Assembly: GCA_963817955.1 (NCBI GenBank)
Contig: CAWFQK010000001.1
Coordinates: 224,001 to 288,000 of the forward strand
Source: an uncultured Gemmatimonadaceae bacterium
Lineage (GTDB): Bacteria > Gemmatimonadota > Gemmatimonadetes > Gemmatimonadales > Gemmatimonadaceae
Length of the DNA: 64,000 nt
Direction: 5' to 3'
The notes below the pieces were generated by a model. The model searched no databases and was not told where the DNA came from. It worked only from the letters and a program-made list of their open reading frames with translations. This document shows positions 1 through 10,680 of this stretch, piece by piece. Position 1 is the first letter of the stretch; each line of letters opens with the position of its first letter. The position numbers and the translations under genes were made by a program.

Positions 1-1223
1 AAAATGCTCTGCTTCGGGTCGCCAACCACGAACAAGCTGCCGGGCCGCGGTGTCACGCGCCGCCAATCTTCGCCTTCGCTGGAATTGGACGTGAGCAGAA
101 AGCACACCTCGGCCTGAATCGGATCAGTGTCCTGGAATTCATCCACGAGCAGGTGGGCATAGCGTGCACCAAGGTCATCCCGAACCGCCGGATGTTCGCG
201 CAGCAGCCGGGCGGTGAGGAGCAGCAAATCCTCGAAGCCGAGCTGCCCCGTTGCGTGCCGTTCGCGGGCAAACTCCGACGCTGCGCGCTGAAGCACTTCC
301 ATCACCAACGGATAGCGGTGCTCGCGCCAACAGCGGAGGACGTCGGCAATCGGCCCCTCGACCAATGTTGCGAAATCGTCGCGCAGGTTCTTTGCTTGAA
401 GCTTGTCTTCCTTGGAATCGCTCCAGCGCTTCTGGACCACTTTGCAGTCGGACTTGGAGATCGACGCCAATACATCGCACAAGGTGGCGATGTCATCGAA
501 CTGGCCGACGCTTCGCTTGAACTCCAGTCGACGCACGAGACTCATCACGCCGTCCCAACCGTCGCTGGGCTCTTCACGCGGCATCGCATGGCGCGCAGCG
601 GCGAGGAGCCTCTCCAACTGCTCGCGACACAGCGTCGTATTTGGCTTCGCGACCGGGGTGAGCGGAAAGTCGACGTCGGGATACGTCATCACCAAGTTGA
701 ACCCCTGGTACAACACGGATGGATCGATCCCCACCGAGTACAGCGCCGTGAGCCCGGCATCGTTGTTACGCTTCGCTCGCTCCACCCAGCGTCGCCAGAA
801 GCGCCGCGTCATCTCCTCCCAATCGTCGTCACTGACCTCCTGAAAGTTCGGGTCCAACCCCGCTTCCAGCGGCCGTTCCCGCAGGAGCCGCGCACAGAAC
901 GAGTGAATCGTGCCAAGGAACGCACGATCGAGCTCGTGGAGCGCACGGTCATAGCGCGCCGTCTCTTCGGACGTGTCGCCGGATTTGCGCAGTGCCTGCT
1001 CCAGTCGCACTTGAAAACGCTCCCGCAGCTCATTGGCGGCTTTGCGTGTAAACGTCACCGCCGCAATGCGCTCGATCGGCGTGCCAGTCCGCACATGCTC
1101 GAGCATGCGTTCGACGAGCGACGTCGTCTTGCCGGATCCAGCACCCGCCTCGATCAGCATGTTGGTGCGCAGATCGGTGCGAATGCGTTCCCGTGCCGGC
1201 TGGTCCCCGGGGACGCGGCTCAT
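1..1223 (-). CDS. UvrD/AddA-like SF1 helicase (runs off the window start)
   Basis: Not in the ORF track; translated by hand from the ATG at 1223, which overlaps the upstream stop (ATGA). Reads MSRVPGDQ...LIEAGAGSGKT (Walker A), AVTFTRKAANELRER, HLLVDEFQDTDPIQ (Walker B) and LFVVGDPKQSIF. Confidence 0.93.
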   Translation of the reverse strand, partial: MSRVPGDQPARERIRTDLRTNMLIEAGAGSGKTTSLVERMLEHVRTGTPIERIAAVTFTRKAANELRERFQVRLEQALRKSGDTSEETARYDRALHELDRAFLGTIHSFCARLLRERPLEAGLDPNFQEVSDDDWEEMTRRFWRRWVERAKRNNDAGLTALYSVGIDPSVLYQGFNLVMTYPDVDFPLTPVAKPNTTLCREQLERLLAAARHAMPREEPSDGWDGVMSLVRRLEFKRSVGQFDDIATLCDVLASISKSDCKVVQKRWSDSKEDKLQAKNLRDDFATLVEGPIADVLRCWREHRYPLVMEVLQRAASEFARERHATGQLGFEDLLLLTARLLREHPAVRDDLGARYAHLLVDEFQDTDPIQAEVCFLLTSNSSEGEDWRRVTPRPGSLFVVGDPKQSI

Positions 1224-4200
1224 TGGGCTGCTCCCGTTGCACGCCGAGCCAACATGGGTGCGTATTCCGGCAGTGACTCTGCGTGTTCGCTCGCCCATGC
1301 GGCGCGCGGTGAAGTGGTCTGGAACTCGCCTTGGCTCGCTCGGCAGATCTCCCGATGGTCGCAGAAGCCGCAGTCGCCGGCATCCGTCGTGGGAATGAAT
1401 TTGCCGTCGCACACATGCGCGATCAGCGAAGCAACGACGTGCGGAACAGCGGACAGCTCGTCCTTGCCATACGCCATGATCTCGTTTCCACCGCGTTCGG
1501 TGGGGAAGCGATACTCAAAGCTCGACACCGGCTTACCGGTCAGCGCGGTGACCGCAGCCACGTAGATCGCCGGTTGCAGTTGACGTCCGCCGTTGAACGG
1601 ACCCGCCTTTGGATTCTTTCCATAGGAAGAGGACTTTCCCGTTTTATAATCGACCACGCGCAACGTGCCGTTCGGCAGCTCATCCACGCGATCGGCACGG
1701 CCGTGCGTGAGCAGCGTCCGTCCGTCCGGCAGGGTGAACGGTCCAGCTTTCTCGCCGCGACCAAACGCCAGCTCAAAGTTGAGCCAGCGCCCCGCATCAC
1801 CGGCAGTGCGTCGGTCGCGCTCCATCTGCAGAAACGCCGTGGCAGCACGGTGAACCTCTGCGCGCTCCGCCTCGAACACGGTCTCGGCGGGTGGCGGAAC
1901 CTCTTTGCGCCACCGCGTCACCGCCTCAGCCGCGATGTCGCTCATACGGACACGCACATCGTCGCCGAATAGCGCATCTTGCCGCCCCTGGAACTCGCGC
2001 GTGAACGTCTCGAATACCTCGTGCAGCAACGATCCACGCTGCAGCGGGTCCAGCCAGCGGGCTTCGTCATACTGGGGATCCTGACTGGGGTAGAGCGAGA
2101 GTCCGTACTTGTAGAACCAGGACAACGGACACTTGGCAAGCGTCTCGAGCGACGAGGGAGAGATCTCACGATCGGGCCGCGCCGCTGGATCCAGCGCCGG
2201 TCCAGCGTCCGGGATCAGGCCGTGGAATGCCGTGAGTGCGTTGCCGTTCGTTGACCGGTGCGCGTCGAGCCCAGCCGCCAGCACCGGGAACGCATCACGC
2301 ACCGCGCTCGTCCCATCGAGCAGCAGCGCGCCATCGGCGAGGGCATCGAACCAGACATCGCGGCCATCGAGTAGGGCGGTTCCACAGAGCGCGCCGGACT
2401 CGTCGCGCGCCGGAACGGCCGACGCCAGCGGATGAAGCGCATGACGCAGGTTCTCATATGAGAGACTCGTGTCTCCTTTCGACTGACGCCACGCCTGGAG
2501 CATGAGCGGCGATGGTCCGGCCTCCCGGCCATCCATGGATCCGTTGATCGAATAGGAAAGTGTGATTCGTCCGCGTAGGCCGGCCAGCGCTCCCAATAGC
2601 ATTCGGTCGGACTCCTCACGTCGCTCGGCCGATGTCGCCAGCCGCCCCGGTCCCACTGCCCGGCGCACGGCATCCGGCAATAGCGGATCCTGCCGTGCGC
2701 CACCCATGGTACGTGCTGCGTCGAACCCCACGACAAACACTCGCCGGCGGCCCGTGGTACCTGCATGCGATACGGTCGTGAGGTGCGGCATCTCGCCGGC
2801 CGAACTCCACGGTTTGCGCTCGCTGGTGACCAACGGCCAGGCGCGAAGGTCGGCGAGCGCTTCGCGCAGCGCGGCGAGCGCGCTCGAGAAGGCGACGTCT
2901 TCCTGTTCGACTTCCGCGAGCAGAGCAAGCCGCGAACAGAGGCGGTCCATCGTCTGTACTTCAGCCTGCCCGTGCACCGGACACAATGCCAGATAGCCGA
3001 GCGTTGCGCGGGCGAGCGCCGAGCAGGAGGAGCGCGGCGGCTTGGCAGCGCCACGCTCATTCACCGCCGGCGTGATGGCCAGAATGCTAGCCAGCAGCCT
3101 CCGCAGCGCCTTGCAGGTGCGCTCGCGCGAGGCACGACGCGACGCGAACCGCTCATCGGTCTCGTCTTTCTGCGGCATCATTGTGGCAACGCGCGAGCCA
3201 CTCCTGAGCAGCACGATCGCCGCCTCGAAGCGCTCCCGGCCCCACCCAATGCGCAACGACCGCAGCTCGCGCGCGAGCGCGGTGCTCGGCAAATCTGAGT
3301 CGTTGTGATTGAGCTCGCCCGCCTCGAGCGCCTGCCGCAGCACATCGGCGGAAAGACCGTCGCTCAGCCACCCAAACCACCGATCGAGCGCTCGGCCAAT
3401 GCGCGTGCGTGTCAGCGGAATGCCCTGCAGCATCGTCGCGCCAACGCCAAGCCGCTGGCAGAGCGCGTCGAGCGCAATACCGTAAGTATCCGGATCTGTG
3501 GCGACGATCTCCACGTCATCCCACCGGAGATCTTCGCCGATGACGCGCCGGAATACCTCCCGGAGCTCATCCGACGGTGTACCGGCAGCAAAGAGATCGG
3601 CGTCGACACCGTTTGCGAGCACACGGTCCGGCTGGAACTCATCCACCGCGAGGATCTGCGCGCCGTGCGCGATTAACAGGTCGTGAAACTTCCCAGGCAG
3701 CCCGCGTGGCGTGCGTGACGGGACCATCGCGATGATTCCGTCCAGCGCGAACGGCGCTTCCAGTTCAAATGCTTCGATCGCCATCCGGAACACTGCCGCG
3801 GGATCGGCGAGGTGATGTTCCTGGAGCAGCCGTTCGTATTCCGCCAGCACTGCTGGTAGGTCATATGCGGGTGTTCCGGCAGTCGCACACCGCCGGATTT
3901 CGTCTACACTCACGCCCCCCGTCCGAATCTCGAGCAAGGTGTCGAGCAACGCGCGACGAAAGCCAAGACCGGGCGCGAGCGCGGCGAAACTCGCTCCCAC
4001 CGTGTGCTCCGCAATCGCACGCTCGAGCGCCGAGTTGGCAAGTGCATTGATGGTCACATCGTCGGCGACCCGTACGCCGGCTTCGGCGAGCGGCACGAAG
4101 GCGACCGACTGAGCGAGCTCCCGAAGATTGGTGGCTTCCCACCCGATCCAACCGCCGGTTCGGCGAGCGAGCGTAACGAGAAGCTCGCGGCCGAAGTTGA

Positions 4201-4288
4201 CGTCAGGGCCAACCAGGCGCTTGCGAACGAGGGGGTGTTTCGCACCGATGGATTCGACGGACAGCAGAAGCGCGGACGGGTCGATCAT
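1220..4288 (-). CDS. AddB-like PD-(D/E)XK nuclease with degenerate helicase N-terminus and Fe-S staple
   Basis: SPSSLETLAKCP, GRADRVD...VVDYKTG, QLQPAIY and CGFCDHREIC (1+3 Cys). Start taken at ATG 4288; the ORF track starts at 4312. Confidence 0.88.
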   Translation of the reverse strand: MIDPSALLLSVESIGAKHPLVRKRLVGPDVNFGRELLVTLARRTGGWIGWEATNLRELAQSVAFVPLAEAGVRVADDVTINALANSALERAIAEHTVGASFAALAPGLGFRRALLDTLLEIRTGGVSVDEIRRCATAGTPAYDLPAVLAEYERLLQEHHLADPAAVFRMAIEAFELEAPFALDGIIAMVPSRTPRGLPGKFHDLLIAHGAQILAVDEFQPDRVLANGVDADLFAAGTPSDELREVFRRVIGEDLRWDDVEIVATDPDTYGIALDALCQRLGVGATMLQGIPLTRTRIGRALDRWFGWLSDGLSADVLRQALEAGELNHNDSDLPSTALARELRSLRIGWGRERFEAAIVLLRSGSRVATMMPQKDETDERFASRRASRERTCKALRRLLASILAITPAVNERGAAKPPRSSCSALARATLGYLALCPVHGQAEVQTMDRLCSRLALLAEVEQEDVAFSSALAALREALADLRAWPLVTSERKPWSSAGEMPHLTTVSHAGTTGRRRVFVVGFDAARTMGGARQDPLLPDAVRRAVGPGRLATSAERREESDRMLLGALAGLRGRITLSYSINGSMDGREAGPSPLMLQAWRQSKGDTSLSYENLRHALHPLASAVPARDESGALCGTALLDGRDVWFDALADGALLLDGTSAVRDAFPVLAAGLDAHRSTNGNALTAFHGLIPDAGPALDPAARPDREISPSSLETLAKCPLSWFYKYGLSLYPSQDPQYDEARWLDPLQRGSLLHEVFETFTREFQGRQDALFGDDVRVRMSDIAAEAVTRWRKEVPPPAETVFEAERAEVHRAATAFLQMERDRRTAGDAGRWLNFELAFGRGEKAGPFTLPDGRTLLTHGRADRVDELPNGTLRVVDYKTGKSSSYGKNPKAGPFNGGRQLQPAIYVAAVTALTGKPVSSFEYRFPTERGGNEIMAYGKDELSAVPHVVASLIAHVCDGKFIPTTDAGDCGFCDHREICRASQGEFQTTSPRAAWASEHAESLPEYAPMLARRATGAAQ

Positions 4289-4382
4289 ACTCACCACGGT
4301 TACGGAAGCCAAACACGCACTTTGGATTGGGACCTGCGCGGCGACCTGCGGACAGTACGGCTACGGTCTGACAGCGGAGGAA

Positions 4383-7300
4383 TCACGGATCCGCCACTCG
4401 TACCCTTACACGCTCGAGCAGTCGATCGACGTCAATTGTCTCCAGTACCCCCATCCGGATGTCATCCTCGACGGCGCCAACCATGGCGCCGCGAATCTCC
4501 ACCGCCGACTGGGTCGGCCGCGCATCGAGAAACCCTCCGCGCTCCAGATACTCGCGCAGCTCGGCGGTCTGCTTCGCCCGAAAGCCAGACAACTCCTTCC
4601 GTTCGAGTGCCTCCACCAGACCGTTGGCGCTCTCACCATAGAGATGCGCGAGAGCCAACACCTCCGCCATCCTGCGCTCCGACACGGCGCCTGAATCGGT
4701 CAACACCACCCGGTCAACTGGGCGTCCACGGCCGATCGCGGCGCCCTGGTGCATCGCGTCGACAGCCCGCGCCAAGGCTCTGGCACGGGCGCCGACATTG
4801 GGGAAATCCGCCAATACGTTCACGCCGCCGCTCTCGGCCAGGTTCTCAAGCTCTCCCCACGTCGTGACCCCGCCAGCGAGTAGTTGGTGCAGTGCACCGA
4901 GATCGTCAATCAAATACCACAAGTGCGTCCCTCCCGCACTGCCGCTCCCGGGAGCGCACGGCCGGCACGTGGAGCGCAGTACCATAACTGTCATGGGTGT
5001 GCTCACAGGGTAACGGGAGCGCCGCAATCGTCGGGGTTGCAACCGGACCGACAGAAAGGTCTATCGGGAGTGCCCCGTGAAGGTCCCGCCGCGCCGCCAG
5101 GTCCAACACTGTATGACTGGCCGCGCGTGCATCCAGCGCCGACATCCACTTCGCTAACTCGTCGCGCTGAGCGGTGAAGTAGAACACCTGGCGTCCACCT
5201 TCGGCGAGCGTGATCACCGCATCGATGATCGCAGCCGCCCGGTGATCGTCGCTATTGCCGAGCGTCTCGTCGAACAAGAGCGGAAGCTTGACGCCATTCT
5301 CCTGGGATTCCACAAACGCGATGCGCACCGCGAGGAGCAACTGCACCCGCGTGGCGCTCGACAGCTCATCCAGCGCGTGCCCGCGCCTGGTCCTTGTGTC
5401 GAGTGCACGGAAGCCGGCATCACCGCCAACTTCTGGTTCCTCGAACTCCAACTGATACCGTCCCCGCGTGATCGCGGAGAAGAGTTCTCGCGACCGGTGA
5501 AATACGCGCGGTCGCTGATGATCGCGCGTTGCGCGCTGAACGTGCTTCACGAGCGCACCGCCGATCAGGGCGTCAAGGTCTCTCCGGCGAGCCGTGCGGA
5601 GCGCTTCTTCCGCAGTTGCCTGCCGAGCCAGCGCGGGTTCGACTTCGCACTGCTGCTTCGCCTGATCGACAAGCGCGCGCAGACGCGTGCTCTTCGTCAT
5701 CAGTCGCTCGTGCTCCGAGGCGAGCGCCGCTGCCGCCGCACGCTTTCCGTTCAGTTCGATGACGTCTGTCGTCGCAAGCGTCGGCTCATACAGCCCGTCT
5801 GACTCGAGAACGTGCTGCGCGGAGTCACAGTCGTGCTCCGCCAGACGCACCGCCTCGAATGTTTCGACATACGATGATCGATCCGCGCAGAAGGCTTTCA
5901 GCGCGTCCATGTTTCCGCGGTCACACTCGCACGAGTCGAACACGGCGTCGATTGCAGCCTGGTTATGTACTCTGGCAGCGGCGGCTTCACGTTGGCGGTG
6001 AACGGCGTCCTTCTGCCGTTGCACGGCTGCGTCGTGCTTCTGTACGCACTGCTCGACGCTGGCCGCCAGACCTAGTGCTTCCGCGGCATGTGCCGGCGCA
6101 GAAAGACGCACCGCTGCGGCAGCGCACACCGTGTTGGTCTGAGCTCTCGCTAATTGCGCGCGGGCGGAAACACGTTCAGCCTCTGCACCTCGCAATTCCT
6201 GGAAGGCGTCGAACCAGTGGCTGACATGCTGGCCAATCCAGGAGAGCCGGTGGGCGTCCGCGTCTGGCGCAACGCCGAGGCGCTGCGCGAGCGCGACGCG
6301 ATCTCTGTCAAGAACGGACCGTTTGTCATCGAGCCCCTGGCGCTTCCGCCGTGCGTCCTCAGCCCATTGTGCGCGCCGGTCAGCAACGCGTATGTCCGCT
6401 GCGAGCTGCTCGAGCCGGTCCAGAGCTTCGATCACGTGCGCCGTACTCCAACTGCGCGGCGGTTCGATTCCGAGCGCAGCGTAGTCGCGCTCCCGTCTTG
6501 GACGCGCGCTGTCTGCCACAGGCTTTTGGCGATGCAACAGCACTGCGATCGCTAGGGCCAGCAGCAAACCGACACCGGCGACCGGATGCCACGTGACGGC
6601 GGCGGCAAGCGAGCCAACACCGGCAAGGCATGCGAGGACCCACATCAGAAGATCCGAGGAGGGCCTTTCCGCTCCTGTCTGCTGCGGATCGGCCTCACTC
6701 AGCCACTGTACCAGAAGACGCATGCCATTATTGACGACATCGAGTTTCACTGCTGGGCGGCCCTCCTCTCCTTCCGCGGCGAGGCGCTCCTCGGCCTCGG
6801 CCGCGGCGTACGCGGCCTGCAGTTGGTCCGCTCGGAGGGCGAAGTCCGCCAGATCACCGAACGAATCGCCGTCGATCGCCTCCAGTTTTTCGTTGGTGGG
6901 AGTTCCGCCAATCGCACGCCGGGCCGCCTCGAGTCGGGCGCACACTTCCTGCACGCGACGCTCGCACACGGCGACACATCGCTCTGCGTCGGCGAGCGCC
7001 ATCGCAGTCTCTTTGAGGACGAGAACGGCCTGTGGCGCGATCGGCCCTCCCGGCAGCGCGAGGGCCGCCGCCTCAACGGCCGCCGCGACTCGCTCGGCCT
7101 CCTCCATCTCGGTCTTTGATGCGGTGTCGAGCCGGGCGTCGAGTTGTTCGAGCTTCTCGATCTCGTCGCCATGAACGTGCTGGAGCACAGCGGGATACTT
7201 GGCGAAGCGCGCGCGCGTTTGATCGAGCACAGCGATCTTGTGCGCGTAATCGATCGCCTTCGCGAGCACCTGCTCCTGTGCGCCCGCGCAGCTGGCTGCT

Positions 7301-7887
7301 TTCGAACGTGCTTCCAGCTCTTCGAGACCGCTCGCGTCCCGGTGCAGAGCAGCCTGATCATCCTGGGCTTCCTTCAGATCCTTGCGCGCAGCCTCCAGCG
7401 CGCGGCCCTCCGAGGCAGCTGTTGATGGTTTACTCAGAAAGCCCAAGGCATCCGCGGCAGCGGTGAAGTCGTACCCGCCTGCAGACTGACGGGCGATCTC
7501 ATCCGCAAACTGATCGGTTCGATCGGTGGCGAGGAGCAGCTCGTGCAGTGACAACTTGTAGCGCTGTCGGAACTCTGGCGCCGGGAGCTCGGGCGGCCTG
7601 GATTCCGCGCCATTCCGCTGCACACCGAGATGTCCCGCATCCAGTGCCACGACGAACTCAGATTGGCCAATGGAGTAGCGAGCCGAGACGCTCAGACGAT
7701 GTGTGGCGTCTGCCGCCGGCCAGAGCACCGCCTCGATCGCGCGCGCCGTGCTTGTCTTTCCGGAGGCGTTTGGGCCGTAGACCAGGTTTACGCCCGGAAC
7801 GAAATCGTCCAGCAGGAACGGGTCATCGATGCCCGGCGTGCGCCGCACGTGCACGTAGTGCAGGCAGAGAGATTCTTCGGCGCTCAC
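4383..7887 (-). CDS. YhaN/Rad50-like ABC-type ATPase with coiled coil and central hydrophobic segment; apparent frameshift near 4953
   Basis: Walker A GPNASGKT, signature-like LSSATRVQLLLAVR, Walker B PLLFDETLGNSD. ORF 4906..7887 continues sensibly in the frame of ORF 4383..5042 (PGSGSAGGTHLWYLIDD...). Confidence 0.8.
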
Positions 7888-9170
7888 GTGCGGCTCCCTT
7901 TCTGCGAGAGGAGCTCGTCGAGCAGCAGGTTTGCCTGGCGCCCGAGTTGCGCACGCAGTCTGGCAGCACTGTACTCTTCGGCATTCGCAGGCAACGATCG
8001 GTAGGCCTTCGCGGCTTGCAGCGTGTCGGGAATCGAAGCAATGGATCGCAGCAACTCTCGATGCTCCTCATGGTCATGGCCACCATCCAGCGACTCCAGA
8101 AGCCGAGCAATGGACGCTGCGGCGTCATTCCCCGCTGCCAGCGCGCCGAGGTCACGCTCGGGACGCGTGAACGGATCTACGCGCTCCACGTAGACGCTCA
8201 AGTCGTTGATGTCGAGGTCGAGATCGATCGCCCTTGCCCCATCGCGCGCCAGCTCACGGTGCAGCGCACTCCGGCCAGTGAGTCGAATGCGCAACGACAG
8301 GTGACGCAGCACGCCGGCATCGCCCGCGAACCGGTCAGCCGCGGCGCGTACCGCCTGCACCATGACGACGTGAACATCCTCCAACCGCGTCGCTCCAGTC
8401 ACGTCGACATCTATGGATTCGTAACGTACGCTCGCGACCGGAACCTGTTGTGGTGAGACAGGCTGTCCGTGGGAGAGATCGACCACCCAGGCACCGTGAA
8501 CCCCCGTTTCGCCAGGATCGAGAGGTTGCGGTGAGCCTGGGTAGAGCACTGGCGGTTTCCCCGCCGCGCTCCGCAACGCAGGCGCGTGTACGTGGCCGAG
8601 GAGCCACATGGCGACCGGCTTCGCGTGCAAGTCGGCCAACGCCACGGGCCCATAGGCGCTGGCCATCTGGTCGAGATCTGCGTGGAGCAGACCAAGCACC
8701 GGAGCGTCATCAGCAGCGGGCAGTGTGTACGCGGCGAGCGGACTTTCCCGAACATGTTGAGTGGGAAACGACCATCCATCCACGTGCAGCAGCGCACCGT
8801 CCTTTGCGGCGATCGTCGTGCGTTCCCATCTCCCGCCAACGCCGAGCAGCCGCAGGTATCCGTGCGGGAGCGACCGGGCGAGTTCGGGCAATACGGCGAA
8901 GTCGTGGTTACCGGTGACTGCGACGGTCGCAATTCCGGCAGCGCCGAGGCGTCGCAGCCCGCGCTCCAACGGACCGAGCGACTCGTAGTAACGGTTTGCC
9001 TGATCCACGACATCACCGCTCAGTGCGACGACGTCCACCTCCTGGGCCACCGCGTAGTCCACGATCGCCGCCCATGCAGCGCCCGCGGCAATTGCCCGAG
9101 CGTCGACATGGGTGGGCAGTCGAGAGGAACAGCGACCCAGATGAAGATCACCGGCACAGAGGACACGCAC
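7884..9170 (-). CDS. Mre11/SbcD (YhaO)-like metallophosphoesterase DNA repair nuclease
   Basis: GDLHLG, SGDVVD, TGNHD, LGHVH and YPGSPQ motifs; 4-bp overlap with the ATPase gene. Confidence 0.92.
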   Translation of the reverse strand: MRVLCAGDLHLGRCSSRLPTHVDARAIAAGAAWAAIVDYAVAQEVDVVALSGDVVDQANRYYESLGPLERGLRRLGAAGIATVAVTGNHDFAVLPELARSLPHGYLRLLGVGGRWERTTIAAKDGALLHVDGWSFPTQHVRESPLAAYTLPAADDAPVLGLLHADLDQMASAYGPVALADLHAKPVAMWLLGHVHAPALRSAAGKPPVLYPGSPQPLDPGETGVHGAWVVDLSHGQPVSPQQVPVASVRYESIDVDVTGATRLEDVHVVMVQAVRAAADRFAGDAGVLRHLSLRIRLTGRSALHRELARDGARAIDLDLDINDLSVYVERVDPFTRPERDLGALAAGNDAAASIARLLESLDGGHDHEEHRELLRSIASIPDTLQAAKAYRSLPANAEEYSAARLRAQLGRQANLLLDELLSQKGSRT

Positions 9171-9500
9171 GATGGGTGGCTTCAGGAGGGGGCTAAGGAC
9201 GAACGAACCGGACGACGGTGGAGTGTGACGACTCGGGGAATATTACCGAAAGTCGCACCGGAATATAGTGATGGAACGATATATTCCTGACACTGCCGTT
9301 GCCACTCGGCCAGTGCAGCAAACTCTGAAATCCCGTAACAGTGAGGACCGCCCAGCCCCCTCCGTTACGACTTTTGAAGTACTTGAAGAACACCGGTCAA
9401 CGACCTGGAGTCCAATCCACGGTGCGACTGATGCTTGTGGCCCTTCAGGCGTCGTTGTACTACACCAATTAGGACTGTTGTATCTCAGACCCGCCACCGC

Positions 9501-10454
9501 TCAGGGAGCAGGCCGCGAGCTCCCGCCATCCAGGACATACCGCCACTCGCCGTTCGACTGCTTCTCCCACACCGTTAAGTATTTCGAGAACGACGCGCGT
9601 GCCGGCGCCGATGGTCCCGTTGGCACGGTAATTGTCGCCTCGCCGACGGTGAACGCGAGGTCGCCAGAAGACGCGGCGTCGGCGCCCACGGGCGCCCAAG
9701 TCAGGCGCGTGCCCGCAGGCAGGTTCTCGAAGTTCGCGTGAATTGCTCGCGGTCCCCGGGTCATGCTGGAGTCGGCGGAGAGTATCATCGCGTCGTTTGC
9801 TGCAAAGATGCCGAATGCGTCGGCGATCGACGACGTGCCAGCGAGCCGCGAGAATGCCGAGTCGGCCTGCATCGCCTGCGCGCGCGCTGATCGTGCGTCG
9901 TCCGCGGCGCCACGGGCCACTCGCACTGGCACCTTCATCGCCAGCACCGAGTCTGCGTTGGCCTGTCCTGGACTCTTCGCGAGCACGAGCGCCACAATAT
10001 GCCACGCACCGTCGAGGTGCTTCCACATCGTGATGTACTTCCCGTACTCCCGTGTGCCGGCAGCATCGGCGAGGCTCTCGGTGTAGCCAGCGGTGTAGCC
10101 GAGGCTCAGGTCGGCCGAGAGACCCGCCTTGACGGGTCGCACGGTCAGACCGTGTGCGAGAAAGGTCGTGTCGCGAGCCAGAAACGTGGCGACGTCGCGC
10201 GTTCCGCGGATGATCGGCTGGCCGGCGGTGAGATAGAAGACCTCCGGCGCCGCGATATCCGAGAAGGCGCGGGCAAACCCGGCGAGGCGCGCACGCGCCG
10301 ACCAGGCGCTATCGGCCGCCAACAAGCTGATGCGTTCGGCCGCAACGGCGCTGGCCGCCGGTGACTGTGCGGATGCAGGCGTCCCCCCAAGAGCAATCGT
10401 GCCGAGGAGAGCCGCGATGAGGTTCGTGCACGATCTTGTCGATTGATGAGTCAT
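9501..10454 (-). CDS. Secreted tandem NTF2/DUF4440-like domain protein
   Basis: Signal peptide followed by two repeats ending GKYITMWK..DGAWH and SKYLTVWEKQSNGEWR. Confidence 0.8.
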   Translation of the reverse strand: MTHQSTRSCTNLIAALLGTIALGGTPASAQSPAASAVAAERISLLAADSAWSARARLAGFARAFSDIAAPEVFYLTAGQPIIRGTRDVATFLARDTTFLAHGLTVRPVKAGLSADLSLGYTAGYTESLADAAGTREYGKYITMWKHLDGAWHIVALVLAKSPGQANADSVLAMKVPVRVARGAADDARSARAQAMQADSAFSRLAGTSSIADAFGIFAANDAMILSADSSMTRGPRAIHANFENLPAGTRLTWAPVGADAASSGDLAFTVGEATITVPTGPSAPARASFSKYLTVWEKQSNGEWRYVLDGGSSRPAP

Positions 10455-10528
10455 ATGAACCCGAACGTTTGAAATGAGTTTCGATATCGGGCACATAGCG
10501 CGGAACTCAGTTTCGGCGCCACGCTTCC

Positions 10529-10604
10529 GGGATGGGGCGCAACGTGGCAGGGAGGAGTAGCACGCGGCCCGGGCGGCTCGTCCCGCCGGAGAGCGCACCA
10601 TCCC
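10529..10604. promoter_or_regulatory. Putative paired LytTR-type direct-repeat sites in a divergent promoter region
   Basis: GGGATGGG...GGGAGGAG on + (10529/10550) and GGGATGGT...GGGACGAG on - (10604/10584), with 20-21 bp periodicity. Confidence 0.4.
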
Positions 10605-10680
10605 AAATCATCTGGCGGCCCAGCGGCATTTGAGCATCTTCAATCGCACGCCACTTCCCCATCAATATCGAGATCACGAC

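Noticed and set aside
153..1565. 470-aa plus-strand ORF
   Set aside because: Antisense shadow of the helicase and nuclease genes; long shadow ORFs are expected at high GC.
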